Virus record (IMG/VR): IMGVR_UViG_3300022744_000020
Coordinates: 186,001-250,000 of that record
DNA length: 64,000 nucleotides
Direction: 5' to 3' (one strand)
The stretch's first letter is position 1. The number at the start of each line of letters is the position of its first letter. The translations under genes and the position numbers were made by a program. Positions 1-8,816 of the stretch are shown here, one piece after another. Under the pieces are notes generated by a model. It was not told the origin of the DNA, searched no databases, and saw only the letters and a list, made by a program, of their open reading frames with translations.

Positions 1-3
1 GAA

Positions 4-546
4 TTGGATAACTCCCGACAATGGAGCCTTTCCTACCTGTGTGGTTGGCAAGTCTTTGTTTTCGGAAGGAAGCGAAGCGGAAAAACACGCCAGGCGTTGC
101 GGATATCAAGTCCAGGTAGAACCTCAAGATTTGGCATCGGTCAAGGCGCAAGCGATGGAATGGTTGAAAATCTGATGTCTTCTATCATCTTACCACACAC
201 GATCATTGACACAAGGGACGATCGTCGCAATCGTGCGATGTATCTGATCGATACCATGAGCCGGTGGAAGAGAAACCCACTCGTGAGAACCCTGGATAGT
301 TTGGCCATTCTGAGTAGCTTTGGGGTGCTCGTCGTCTATCGAAACGGTCACGCCGTTTCAGAGATCGATCCTGACTGGCTATCTGAAGATCATCCTATCT
401 GGTCCGATCAACATGTAGGGATGTACCTCTACGAGGAAGGAAGCTCCCAGGAAATGCAAGCCAAGAAACAAGGAAAGCCACTGACAATTCTTCGCAGTGA
501 TGCAATGGCGATCCAAGAAGAAGCCAAGCGCTGGCTGCGATTCTGA
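4..546 (+). CDS. P-loop-containing protein, probably 5'-truncated by the window edge
   Basis: Frame is open from base 1; Walker A-like FVFGRKRSGKT; followed by a terminator. Confidence 0.45.
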   Translation: MDNSRQWSLSYLCGWQVFVFGRKRSGKTRQALRISSPGRTSRFGIGQGASDGMVENLMSSIILPHTIIDTRDDRRNRAMYLIDTMSRWKRNPLVRTLDSLAILSSFGVLVVYRNGHAVSEIDPDWLSEDHPIWSDQHVGMYLYEEGSSQEMQAKKQGKPLTILRSDAMAIQEEAKRWLRF

Positions 547-564
547 TCTCGTTTGAATTGCAAC

Positions 565-595
565 GATGGGGCTTCGGCCCCGCTTTTTTTTTTTT
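565..595 (+). terminator. Rho-independent terminator
   Basis: GGGGC-TTCG-GCCCC followed by a 12-T run; the same 17-mer GATGGGGCTTCGGCCCC recurs at 50371. Confidence 0.85.
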
Positions 596-608
596 GACAT
601 AAAAAGAT

Positions 609-660
609 CCGGGTGAGCCGAAGCCCACCCGGAGTTCGTCCACCCAGACGAAAAAAAGGA
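609..660 (+). promoter_or_regulatory. Tandem hairpins in the thyA leader
   Basis: CCGGGTG-AGC-CGAA-GC-CCACCCGG, then TTCGTC-CACCCA-GACGAA running into AAAAAGGA. Confidence 0.45.
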
Positions 661-665
661 GATCG

Positions 666-716
666 ATGCTCACTCGATTCATTCCATACGATTATGAAAA
701 AATACTCCAGTTCTAA
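666..716 (+). CDS. Candidate 16-aa leader peptide MLTRFIPYDYEKILQF
   Basis: Read by hand; AAGGAG at 656-661, ATG at 666, TAA at 714-716. Confidence 0.35.
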   Translation: MLTRFIPYDYEKILQF

Positions 717-748
717 AATCAAGTGTCAGACAACCAACCCCTTTGATC

Positions 749-1747
749 ATGGAACAATACCTCGACATTCTTCGACACATCCGAGAAAACGGCAAGCCTT
801 CACCGGATCGAACTGGAACGGGCCGTACTCGAATCTTCGGCAGCATGCAGCGCTACAACCTACAAGACGGGTTCCCGATACTCACCTCGAAACAAACGAT
901 GTTCAAGGGAGCCATCGCTGAACTCCTTTGGTTTCTGGAGGGTTCAACCAACGTCAATCGACTCAAAGAGATTGCTGGCGGCAACTTGAAATTTTGGGAT
1001 CGGTGGGCAACCGAAACGGGTGATCTGGGCCCGATCTACGGTACTCAATGGACTCGCTTTTCCTCCATCGTTCACGATGGAAACGGCGAGGCCCATTTCA
1101 AAAAGATCAATCAGATCGATGAGCTGATCAAGAATCTCAACGAGCGTCCTTTCTCGGCGCGACACATCGTCACGGCCTGGAATCCGGCGGACTTGCCGGA
1201 TGAATCCAAGAGCCCTCAGGAAAATGTCCGTGACGGAAAGATGGCGTTGGCAGCCTGTCATTGCCTCTTTCAGTTCTTTGTGGCTGAGGCAGACGGAGAT
1301 TCCCGACTTCGCCATCTGAGCGCGATGTATCCGAATGGTTTGGAGATCAGCGATCGCCAATACGATCTGTCGAACGAGCCCGGACTGCATCGCCTGTGTG
1401 ACGACTATCAGGTACCGAAGCTTCAACTGTCGTGTTTGTTGTTCCAGCGCAGCTCCGACAAATTCGTCGGAGAGCCGGTGAACATCGTCAGTTATTCCCT
1501 CCTGACGCACATGGTGGCTCAGGTCACTGGAATGATTGTGGGGGATTTCGTCCACATGGGTGGTGATGTCCATATCTATCACGATCAGCTTGAAGGGGTC
1601 GACGAACTGCTGAGCCGAACCCCTGGAAAACTTCCCAAGCTGAAGCTCAATCAGGGTGTGAAATCTCTGAAAGATTTCAAGATGGAGGACTTTGAGTTGG
1701 TGGGCTACGATCCCCAGCCGGCAATTGCGGCGCCTGTTTCGGTTTAA
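749..1747 (+). CDS. thyA: Thymidylate synthase
   Basis: DRTGTG, LGPIYGTQW, catalytic ACH, QRSSD, PVN, DVHIY motifs; ATG at 749 preferred over TTG at 743. Confidence 0.97.
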   Translation: MEQYLDILRHIRENGKPSPDRTGTGRTRIFGSMQRYNLQDGFPILTSKQTMFKGAIAELLWFLEGSTNVNRLKEIAGGNLKFWDRWATETGDLGPIYGTQWTRFSSIVHDGNGEAHFKKINQIDELIKNLNERPFSARHIVTAWNPADLPDESKSPQENVRDGKMALAACHCLFQFFVAEADGDSRLRHLSAMYPNGLEISDRQYDLSNEPGLHRLCDDYQVPKLQLSCLLFQRSSDKFVGEPVNIVSYSLLTHMVAQVTGMIVGDFVHMGGDVHIYHDQLEGVDELLSRTPGKLPKLKLNQGVKSLKDFKMEDFELVGYDPQPAIAAPVSV

Positions 1748-1760
1748 CCGAATAGGATGT

Positions 1761-1788
1761 AAGAAGTGCGGTTTCGATCGCACTTCTT
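1761..1788. promoter_or_regulatory. 12-bp UUCG hairpin between thyA and nrdA (terminator or processing site)
   Basis: AAGAAGTGCGGT-TTCG-ATCGCACTTCTT. Confidence 0.6.
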
Positions 1789-1854
1789 ATGCTGGCTACA
1801 GATAAGTCCCGGCCCAAATTCCCCTCCATTTCTTTTCCTCTTTCCTCCAACACC

Positions 1855-4107
1855 ATGCTAAAAATAGCGATTAAGCGCGACGGTACCCACGAAGCGGCTC
1901 AGCCTCACAAGCTCCACAACTGGGTCCAATGGGGCGCCGGTGAGCTTCTCGGTGATCGGATTGACTGGTCCGGCATTTGCATGGACACCACCGCTCGTCT
2001 GGGCGAAGTGGAAACCACGGTACAGATCAACAAAACTCTCGTCGACGTCCTTATCGAGCAAGCAGACTGGCCTCACAACCTGATGGCTGGTCGCATCTAT
2101 GCTGCCGATCTGCGAAAGCAGCTCTACAACAACAAGCTGCCGACGATGCGTGAGATGTATGAAAAACTCCTGAAGTTGAACTTCATGGAGCCGCTGCCTT
2201 ACTCCGATTCAGATTGGGAGAAGATCGAGAAGATCATTGATCACGATCGTGATTTCACGATGGCTCATTTTCAGATCAGCCAAATCCACAACAAGTACAG
2301 CATTCAGGATCGTCACGCGAAGGTAAAATTCGAGATGCCTCAATACGTGTTCATGCGTATGGCTCTGGCTTTGTCGAAGAGTTCGGACAAGGATGTCCAA
2401 CTCTCCCTGATTCGCGATTTCTACGACTACTTTTCGTTCGGTCGAATCAACTCCCCCACCACGAACTACGTCTATCTCGGCACCCCGATGCATGGGCTGG
2501 CTTCGTGTTGCCTGTATTCCACGAGTGACACCGCAGACAGCATCGACGTGGGAGATTCAATCATCTCGCGCATGACCAAAATCGGCGCTGGTATCGGTGG
2601 CATGATCAACGTTCGATCGCCGGGGGATCCGGTTCGTAACGGCGCGATCATTCACAAGGGCAAGATGGATTATCTCCGCTCGGCTGAAGCTGCGGTGAAG
2701 AAAAACACCAAGGCCGGACGAGATGGCGCATGCACGCAGTATTACAGCGTGTACGATCCGGAGGCGATCTCTATTGCCACGGCACAGAACCCGAAAGCTA
2801 CCGACGCCAATCGAATTCGCGGTCTTCATTTCGCTGCAATTTACAACCGGTTCTTTGCCGATTGTGTTTTCCGAGATGATTCGATCTTCACGTTCAACTG
2901 CTTCACGGCTCCGGTTTTGTTCGACCTCATCTTCAGTGGCAATGAGGTGGCATTTGAGCAAGAATACAACCGACTGTTGGCGGACAGCTCTTTCAAGAAA
3001 ACGTTCGTTCGTGCCCGTGACGTGGCGCTGGCTTTCCTGATCCAAGAACAAGAGGTCTCGACCAACTACGAGTTCAATGCCACGGAAGTGAATTGGCACA
3101 CGCCGTTCAAGGAACTGATCCGTACGTCAAATCTGTGCTTGGAGGTGTGTCAGCCGCACTTCCCGTACGAGAATGAAATGGATCTGTATCTCGAAGAAGA
3201 TCACGGTCGAGGTGAAATCAGTGTCTGCTCACTGGGCGCAATCAATGTTGCCACCCCGATGACGGACGAGCAGTATCTGCGTGCGTGCTATCTGACACTG
3301 CTGATGATTGACGAGTGCATTCACCTCAGCGATTATCCGTATCCGCATCTGAAATTCACTGCCAAACAACGCATGAATGCCGGTGTCGGCATGATTGGGG
3401 TTGCGACGGTGATGGCACGCGCTGGAGTGAAGTACGGAAGTCTGGAGGGTCGCAACCTGCTGCACAAGCTCTCCGAGCGGCACATGTACTTCATGATCAA
3501 GGCGTCTCTTCAGCTTGGTCGCGAGAAGGGCAATGCTCCTTGGATGCACAAGACCAAGTGGCCCGAAGGTTGGTTGCCGATCGACACCTACAACCGATCG
3601 ATTGATGAGATCGTCACTGAGTCATATCACTACCCGTGGGAAGAGCTCCGAGCCGACGTTGTTGAAAACGGCGGCATTCGCAACTCCTGCCTCGTGGCGC
3701 ACATGCCCACCGAGTCTTCGTCCAAGGCTTCTGGTCCCCCGAATGGACTGTACCCGATTCGTGGCCTGTCGCTGCTGAAAACGGACCAGGGACATGCTAT
3801 CGATTGGGTTCCAATCGACGGCGATCTTCTCGGAGATGCGTACGAAAACGCCTTCGATACTGATCCGGTCGACATGGCCATGGCTTACGGCGTGGTTCAG
3901 AAGTTCACCGACCATGCTAGTTCGGCGGATGGATACATGGATCGGATCAGGAAGCCTGTGTTGAAACATAGCGATCTGGTGAGATTTTGGCACGCACGTG
4001 TGAAGTACGGGAACAAAACTGCTTACTACACCAACACCCGCACTCCGATGAATGCGACCGAACAATCAAAAGCCCCGGTTTGCGGATCTGGCGGCTGCAC
4101 GCTCTGA
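1855..4107 (+). CDS. nrdA: Class Ia ribonucleotide reductase alpha subunit with ATP-cone-like N-terminus
   Basis: LASCC, SNLCLE, VCSLGAIN, AYY and C-terminal CGSGGC; start MLKIAIKRDG (alternative ATG at 1789). Confidence 0.95.
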   Translation: MLKIAIKRDGTHEAAQPHKLHNWVQWGAGELLGDRIDWSGICMDTTARLGEVETTVQINKTLVDVLIEQADWPHNLMAGRIYAADLRKQLYNNKLPTMREMYEKLLKLNFMEPLPYSDSDWEKIEKIIDHDRDFTMAHFQISQIHNKYSIQDRHAKVKFEMPQYVFMRMALALSKSSDKDVQLSLIRDFYDYFSFGRINSPTTNYVYLGTPMHGLASCCLYSTSDTADSIDVGDSIISRMTKIGAGIGGMINVRSPGDPVRNGAIIHKGKMDYLRSAEAAVKKNTKAGRDGACTQYYSVYDPEAISIATAQNPKATDANRIRGLHFAAIYNRFFADCVFRDDSIFTFNCFTAPVLFDLIFSGNEVAFEQEYNRLLADSSFKKTFVRARDVALAFLIQEQEVSTNYEFNATEVNWHTPFKELIRTSNLCLEVCQPHFPYENEMDLYLEEDHGRGEISVCSLGAINVATPMTDEQYLRACYLTLLMIDECIHLSDYPYPHLKFTAKQRMNAGVGMIGVATVMARAGVKYGSLEGRNLLHKLSERHMYFMIKASLQLGREKGNAPWMHKTKWPEGWLPIDTYNRSIDEIVTESYHYPWEELRADVVENGGIRNSCLVAHMPTESSSKASGPPNGLYPIRGLSLLKTDQGHAIDWVPIDGDLLGDAYENAFDTDPVDMAMAYGVVQKFTDHASSADGYMDRIRKPVLKHSDLVRFWHARVKYGNKTAYYTNTRTPMNATEQSKAPVCGSGGCTL

Positions 4108-4118
4108 AGAGAAACAAC

Positions 4119-5237
4119 ATGATTCCAGTCAATATTCTCAACACCAGTAAGACCGACTACGAGAGCCCAGCCCTACTGTTGGGGGAGCAGCGTCCCGGTC
4201 TCTTCGACACCATCCATCCTCATCATCCGAGACTGCGGAGTTTGTTCCGAGATCTGAGAAATCAAGATTGGGACGAATTGGAGTTCCCTTTTGACTCGTG
4301 TGTGCAGGAGTTCAAAACCTGTGCTGAGCATGAGTTCGATGCGCTGATGGATGTGATTGCCTATCAGTGGGAAACGGACTCGGTGGCGGCTCAGAGCTTG
4401 GTGCCCATCACCTCGCAGTTTGTTACCTCGAACATCCTCAACCGACTGTATGCCCGTATTGGTGAGAACGAATACTTGCATGCACCCACCTACTCAGAGA
4501 TCCTGAAAAACTCGTTCGAGAACCCGGATGACATCCTGAAGGACATTCATTCTCGCCAGCACTCCTTCGATCGCTTGGAGGGTGTCACCCACATCTACGA
4601 AGAGGCTCGAATCGCGGGCTTGGAGTACGGTCTCGGTCAGCGTCCGAACAACCAAGAGTTGTACGAGATCGCCATGAAGTACCTGCTGACCAACCTGGCG
4701 ATGGAGGGCGTTCAATTCACGCCTTCCTTCACGTTGGCTTTTGCCTATGGCAAGCAGGGTCGCTTCATGCCGGTGGCCGACGCCATCCAAAAGATCGCTG
4801 TGGATGAATACCACATCCACGTCCCGACGGGACAATACGTTCTGGATTGGGAATTCGGAACGGAGCGCGGGATCACGGCCTGGCATCGCCTGTCCAAGTG
4901 GTTTATCCAACTGGTTCGTGGGATTGTTCACACCGAATATTCCTGGAATGCGCGTCAATTCCGGGGTGGTCGTGAGCACATGGGTCTGACGAACGAGCTG
5001 CTGGACATGTATGTTCGATATTGCGCCACCAAGATCCTGAAGTCTCTCAAAATCCCGGTGCCGGAAGATCTCCTGCAGGAGAGAAATCCTCTGCCTTGGA
5101 CGGAACAGTGGTTGAATCCGAATCTACGACAAGGGTCGGCCCAAGAACAGCGCGGCGGTAACTATCTGCTCGGCGGATTCGTGAACGATATCGGACGCCG
5201 TCCTCTACCCGAATTCTATTTGGGTCCGAGAAAGTAA
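4119..5237 (+). CDS. nrdB: Class Ia ribonucleotide reductase beta subunit
   Basis: Di-metal ligands in ETDS, ENEYLH, MEGVQF, DEYHIH; radical Tyr in HAPTY; C-terminal GNY. Confidence 0.95.
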   Translation: MIPVNILNTSKTDYESPALLLGEQRPGLFDTIHPHHPRLRSLFRDLRNQDWDELEFPFDSCVQEFKTCAEHEFDALMDVIAYQWETDSVAAQSLVPITSQFVTSNILNRLYARIGENEYLHAPTYSEILKNSFENPDDILKDIHSRQHSFDRLEGVTHIYEEARIAGLEYGLGQRPNNQELYEIAMKYLLTNLAMEGVQFTPSFTLAFAYGKQGRFMPVADAIQKIAVDEYHIHVPTGQYVLDWEFGTERGITAWHRLSKWFIQLVRGIVHTEYSWNARQFRGGREHMGLTNELLDMYVRYCATKILKSLKIPVPEDLLQERNPLPWTEQWLNPNLRQGSAQEQRGGNYLLGGFVNDIGRRPLPEFYLGPRK

Positions 5238-5247
5238 TTCCTCCTCC

Positions 5248-5299
5248 ACTGGAGTACCCTCTTGGCTCAAAAGGCCAAGAGGGTACTCCAGTATTTTTT
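5248..5299 (+). terminator. Long terminator hairpin, CAAAA loop
   Basis: 20-bp stem ACTGGAGTACCCTCTTGGCT/GGCCAAGAGGGTACTCCAGT followed by a T run. Confidence 0.85.
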
Positions 5300-5302
5300 G
5301 GG

Positions 5303-5317
5303 ACATATATTCTCATT
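5303..5317 (+). promoter_or_regulatory. Phage promoter-like motif
   Basis: ACATATATTCTCATT, member of the repeated intergenic ATATA/ATACATCAT family. Confidence 0.55.
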
Positions 5318-5334
5318 ACGAAGTCAACAACCAC

Positions 5335-5348
5335 TCCTGAGAAAAGGA
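5335..5348 (+). promoter_or_regulatory. RBS hairpin TCCT-GAGAAA-AGGA
   Basis: One of five covarying copies; ATG 6 nt downstream. Confidence 0.65.
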
Positions 5349-5354
5349 TTTGAA

Positions 5355-5924
5355 ATGAATTTGCCCGAAATGACAATGGCCGGTGAGATTTACCGTAAAG
5401 TGCATGAGAATCCAGGTATCTGGGTTTCCAAGTCTGGGAGTTTCTGGCGTGAGGACAAGAAGTTATTCATGACCCCAGTCACCAAGGTAAATTTCGCGCT
5501 GGTAACCCCTCGGAATTATTGGTACGTCAACTATCGGCTGACCGGGGAGCGACCCGTCAGTTTGTTGATCAATCGCCTGATGGCAAAAGCCTGGAAGGAG
5601 AAGCCGGTGGGGTTGAAAGAATACGATACGCTCCCGGTAATTTACCGAGTAAACCCGACAACGCTAGAGTTGGCGTTGGATTTGACCAACATGGCTTACT
5701 GTGTCGTCAAAAATTACTACTACAATTTTGTTTGTGGTCAGGTAACGATTGGAGAGAAAGTCATCGAGTTCAAAAGCAATCGCCACTTGGGATTAATTTT
5801 AGAAGAGAACAAAATCTCTTTGAACAGAGAACAAATTCGAACCCTGTTCAGAAGAAAAAGAACAGAACACCCCACCATAAAGGGGTTTTCTCTGACGTAC
5901 TACGACGAAAACAAAGTCGCGTAA
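5355..5924 (+). CDS. Degenerate NUMOD4/HNH homing-endonuclease-like protein
   Basis: WVSKSG, YWYVNY, INRLMAKAW and TNMAY align by eye to the HNH family pattern; HNH histidines absent. Confidence 0.45.
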   Translation: MNLPEMTMAGEIYRKVHENPGIWVSKSGSFWREDKKLFMTPVTKVNFALVTPRNYWYVNYRLTGERPVSLLINRLMAKAWKEKPVGLKEYDTLPVIYRVNPTTLELALDLTNMAYCVVKNYYYNFVCGQVTIGEKVIEFKSNRHLGLILEENKISLNREQIRTLFRRKRTEHPTIKGFSLTYYDENKVA

Positions 5925-5951
5925 TCATTTCAACCACCACGAGGATCAGCC

Positions 5952-6623
5952 ATGCATCAGCTCAACACCCCTAGTCAGCAATTCCACCACGTCGGAGCGG
6001 TTGAAATTCGCCCCAATAATTTTGCTGTCACGTTGCCGTTCGAGATTCTTGATCGGAAAATAAATATCAGTACCCATAAAAGTCTCACGTGGGGAGAGAT
6101 TCATTCGCTTCTCAGTAAGCACACGCGTGAAGGTCTGCGCATGTTCTTGGTGACGACCAAGGGACAAAGTCATCTCGTCTTGGAGACGGACAAGAACATG
6201 AATCCAACGGATGCCCGGAAATTGGAGCAGGAGGTCTACCTGCTTTTGACCAAGGCCATTGGAAGAGATGAGAATTCCAACGACGTGAAGTCCAGCCGGA
6301 GTAGAAACCTCACCGTGTTCGGTTTCTATCACGGAGATGATGCTGTGAAGTTTCTCAACGCTTACCGGTATTTTCGTGAGCCGGCCGAGCCGTTGAAGAT
6401 CTCTGAAACTGGCATGATGATGTTCTATGCCGGAGAACTCCCTGTGTTGGTCAATGCAAAGAACATCAACTACATCCGTCAAGATCAGCGAAGCAGTGAG
6501 TCTGTCGTGATCTCCTTCATGTCGAGTTCGGTTTTTGTGACCTACCCGTCGGAAGAAATCGCTGAGAAAGTGATCCTGAAAGCACAAGAGTACCTGATGG
6601 GTGTGGTCCCCACCCTTTCGTAA
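5952..6623 (+). CDS. Hypothetical protein, paralog family A
   Basis: C-terminal VTYPSEEIAEKV motif shared with the next two genes. Confidence 0.8.
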   Translation: MHQLNTPSQQFHHVGAVEIRPNNFAVTLPFEILDRKINISTHKSLTWGEIHSLLSKHTREGLRMFLVTTKGQSHLVLETDKNMNPTDARKLEQEVYLLLTKAIGRDENSNDVKSSRSRNLTVFGFYHGDDAVKFLNAYRYFREPAEPLKISETGMMMFYAGELPVLVNAKNINYIRQDQRSSESVVISFMSSSVFVTYPSEEIAEKVILKAQEYLMGVVPTLS

Positions 6624-6648
6624 AACTTCTCATTTCTCGGAGTAAAAA

Positions 6649-7338
6649 ATGGATTATTCTAGCCTTACCTCGTGCCAGAAGCATTACCGTCCTATCAACG
6701 TGAACCCTTCGGACGAGCACAGTCGCGAGAAGGCCGTCTACCTGGGTAGTCACTTCTATTTGACGATTCCAAAGATTGTCGATGTTGTGATGACTTTGGA
6801 TCGACCCGCGGGCTTCTCTTTCAGTTTCACCGAACTGGAAGGAGAATGTTACATGCATTTCGAGTTCTCGAAAGAGGACTCTCCGGTCGAAATCTCGAAC
6901 CATTTGAAAGAGTTCGAGCGGAAAGCAATCGAAGCGGCCGGCGGGGCTCACAAAGTCGGTCGGATTTATCAGAAAAAGATCGGCAACTCGGTGGTGTTTG
7001 GATTCTCCATCGATAGTGCCGCGATTGATTTCTTGAGGACGTATCTGTTCTTTCGTGAGGTGGACAAGGTTCCAAACGGTAAGGAGCCGAAAGCTCGCCC
7101 GGTTGTGAAGTTCAAGAACGGATTCGTCACCCTCTTTGATGGCCTGACCTCCCTTATGTGCCGTTTGTCGGCAATTACCTACGTCTACTCGGGTGCGGGG
7201 GAAAGGACAGAAGACTCGGCGCGAACGATTTACCTGGGTGTGGATGGGGTGCCCCAGCACCTGAAGTTCCCCAGCCCAGAGATCGCGGAGACCGTCGTTT
7301 CCGTGGTTCAGAACAACCTCATGGAAATCGACAATTAA
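6649..7338 (+). CDS. Hypothetical protein, paralog family A
   Basis: C-terminal LKFPSPEIAETV. Confidence 0.8.
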   Translation: MDYSSLTSCQKHYRPINVNPSDEHSREKAVYLGSHFYLTIPKIVDVVMTLDRPAGFSFSFTELEGECYMHFEFSKEDSPVEISNHLKEFERKAIEAAGGAHKVGRIYQKKIGNSVVFGFSIDSAAIDFLRTYLFFREVDKVPNGKEPKARPVVKFKNGFVTLFDGLTSLMCRLSAITYVYSGAGERTEDSARTIYLGVDGVPQHLKFPSPEIAETVVSVVQNNLMEIDN

Positions 7339-7347
7339 GGAGCCAAC

Positions 7348-8058
7348 ATGCCCGCCCAATCCGAAAAAGAGTATTACACCCCCGTCGCACGATGTATTGG
7401 CGGGGTCATCCAACTTAACCCCCTTAACCCACTGGACGTCGGCTCTTTGGATGGTTTCTTAAACCGTAAGGTTTTCGAAGATCGAGAACCTATGCTGGTC
7501 TCCGAGTACCTCCGAATCAGCAAGGATTTCTGGAGAGGCGAAGGTCCGAGAGACACGCTGGACATCATCTACGAATGGAAGGACGAGCTCCATGTGGTTT
7601 TGGAGTATTTAAAAGCGGAGAGTCCGGCTAGGATGCGGATTAATGCCAGAGTCCTGACAAAAGCACTCGCCGAAGTGGGACAACTGGGAGATCACCCGCG
7701 ATTGTCTAATGTGCGCGAACTCTTCGCTCTTGGCGGACACAGCCTTTTCCCAAAGCTGAATGTTCTCAACGCTGTTCACTATCACAAAGGAATAGCTAGG
7801 GGAATGAAGCCAATCTGGAGGGACGAGTTAGAAAACGTCGGCTTCTTCACGGGCGAAGTAAGAATGATGGTTCAGAGGAAGCAGATTCTTTCGTATTGGT
7901 TCGGGGGCAATGGTTGTGCTGAAATTGAACTGAGTCCGTCTGAACTGGCTTTGATCATTGGGTCCAATAGTCAGCCAATTCGGATCAGTTATCCATCTCC
8001 AGACATTGCGGAGTCTGTTGCTGAATCCCTTGAAAAGATGATGGGTTCGTTGGGCTAA
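7348..8058 (+). CDS. Hypothetical protein, paralog family A
   Basis: C-terminal ISYPSPDIAESV; AAGGAG RBS. Confidence 0.8.
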   Translation: MPAQSEKEYYTPVARCIGGVIQLNPLNPLDVGSLDGFLNRKVFEDREPMLVSEYLRISKDFWRGEGPRDTLDIIYEWKDELHVVLEYLKAESPARMRINARVLTKALAEVGQLGDHPRLSNVRELFALGGHSLFPKLNVLNAVHYHKGIARGMKPIWRDELENVGFFTGEVRMMVQRKQILSYWFGGNGCAEIELSPSELALIIGSNSQPIRISYPSPDIAESVAESLEKMMGSLG

Positions 8059-8075
8059 CTGCCGGCAAAAAGATA

Positions 8076-8113
8076 CTGACAGCCACCAGCCATGAAAGGC
8101 TGGTGGCTGTCAG
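8076..8113. terminator. Bidirectional terminator between convergent genes
   Basis: 16-bp perfect stem CTGACAGCCACCAGCC-ATGAAA-GGCTGGTGGCTGTCAG. Confidence 0.8.
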
Positions 8114-8116
8114 GTC

Positions 8117-8191
8117 TTACTTTTCTTTCTTCTGAATCGGACCAAACCAAATCATCCAAAAGAGCCACGGGTTCAACATCAGAACGGCCAT
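8117..8191 (-). CDS. 24-aa Trp-rich membrane peptide MAVLMLNPWLFWMIWFGPIQKKEK
   Basis: Read by hand; ATG 3 nt after the amidase stop; fills the gap to the terminator. Confidence 0.5.
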   Translation of the reverse strand: MAVLMLNPWLFWMIWFGPIQKKEK

Positions 8192-8194
8192 GAC

Positions 8195-8689
8195 TTAAGC
8201 CTCGCTTGCGGAAAAGCCACCCACGACACTCTGAACCTTCAGGTCCCGATTCGGCGTCGGCACACCCTTCGGCCACCGAATACCGATCAGTCTCGCCAGC
8301 GGGAATTTCACGTCACTGACCCGGTTGCCCTGATTCCCCCCACGAACCACCAGATGCCCATCGGGCGTCTTTCCGAGGATGAAGCCCACGTGACCACCAC
8401 CTTCTCGTGCGAAGATGCCTACGGCCCCTTCCTGCGCGATGGTGAGGGGTTGTCCGAATTCCATCCAGTCACGTGCTCGGAAATAGTTTTCAGGCGGCTT
8501 GATTCCCACCTGGTTCAGGCAGTAAGCCACATAAACCCCACACCACGCCCCTGCGTTGATGGTGGGATTGAAACTGTCTGAGAACCACTTCGGTCCCAGT
8601 TTTTTTGCCCAGCCCTTGATTTCGATGGAGTTTTTGTTCTCCTCGAAGCCAAGATACTTCTTTCCTTCTTCAAGCCAAGGTGTCGACAT
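8195..8689 (-). CDS. NlpC/P60-CHAP-like peptidoglycan hydrolase (TIGR02594-like)
   Basis: PWLEEGKKYLG, AWCGVYV (Cys), GGGHVGFI (His), GGNQGNRV; GGAGG RBS before MSTPW. Confidence 0.85.
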   Translation of the reverse strand: MSTPWLEEGKKYLGFEENKNSIEIKGWAKKLGPKWFSDSFNPTINAGAWCGVYVAYCLNQVGIKPPENYFRARDWMEFGQPLTIAQEGAVGIFAREGGGHVGFILGKTPDGHLVVRGGNQGNRVSDVKFPLARLIGIRWPKGVPTPNRDLKVQSVVGGFSASEA

Positions 8690-8816
8690 CGCGTCCTCCA
8701 ATAAGAGATCCGACCTAAATCTTAGATCAGACGATGGTTTTAAATTCACAGATCGACCTCATCAAGTGCCCGATAATTCAGGCGTTCCAACATCGACTTC
8801 CCGGAGAAATACGCTC

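Noticed and set aside
4-546. First ORF as thymidine or dNMP kinase because of its P-loop and position next to thyA
   Set aside because: No DEAQF or Zn-site motifs of TK and no other kinase motifs seen, and the gene is truncated by the window, so it is left as a generic P-loop protein
594-622. TTGACA resembling a sigma70 -35 box upstream of thyA
   Set aside because: It arises from the terminator T tract, and no -10 hexamer lies at 16-18 bp spacing
749-1747. ThyA as a dCMP hydroxymethylase or other base-modifying paralog
   Set aside because: The specificity residue is Asn (PVN), not Asp, and no hypermodification genes are nearby
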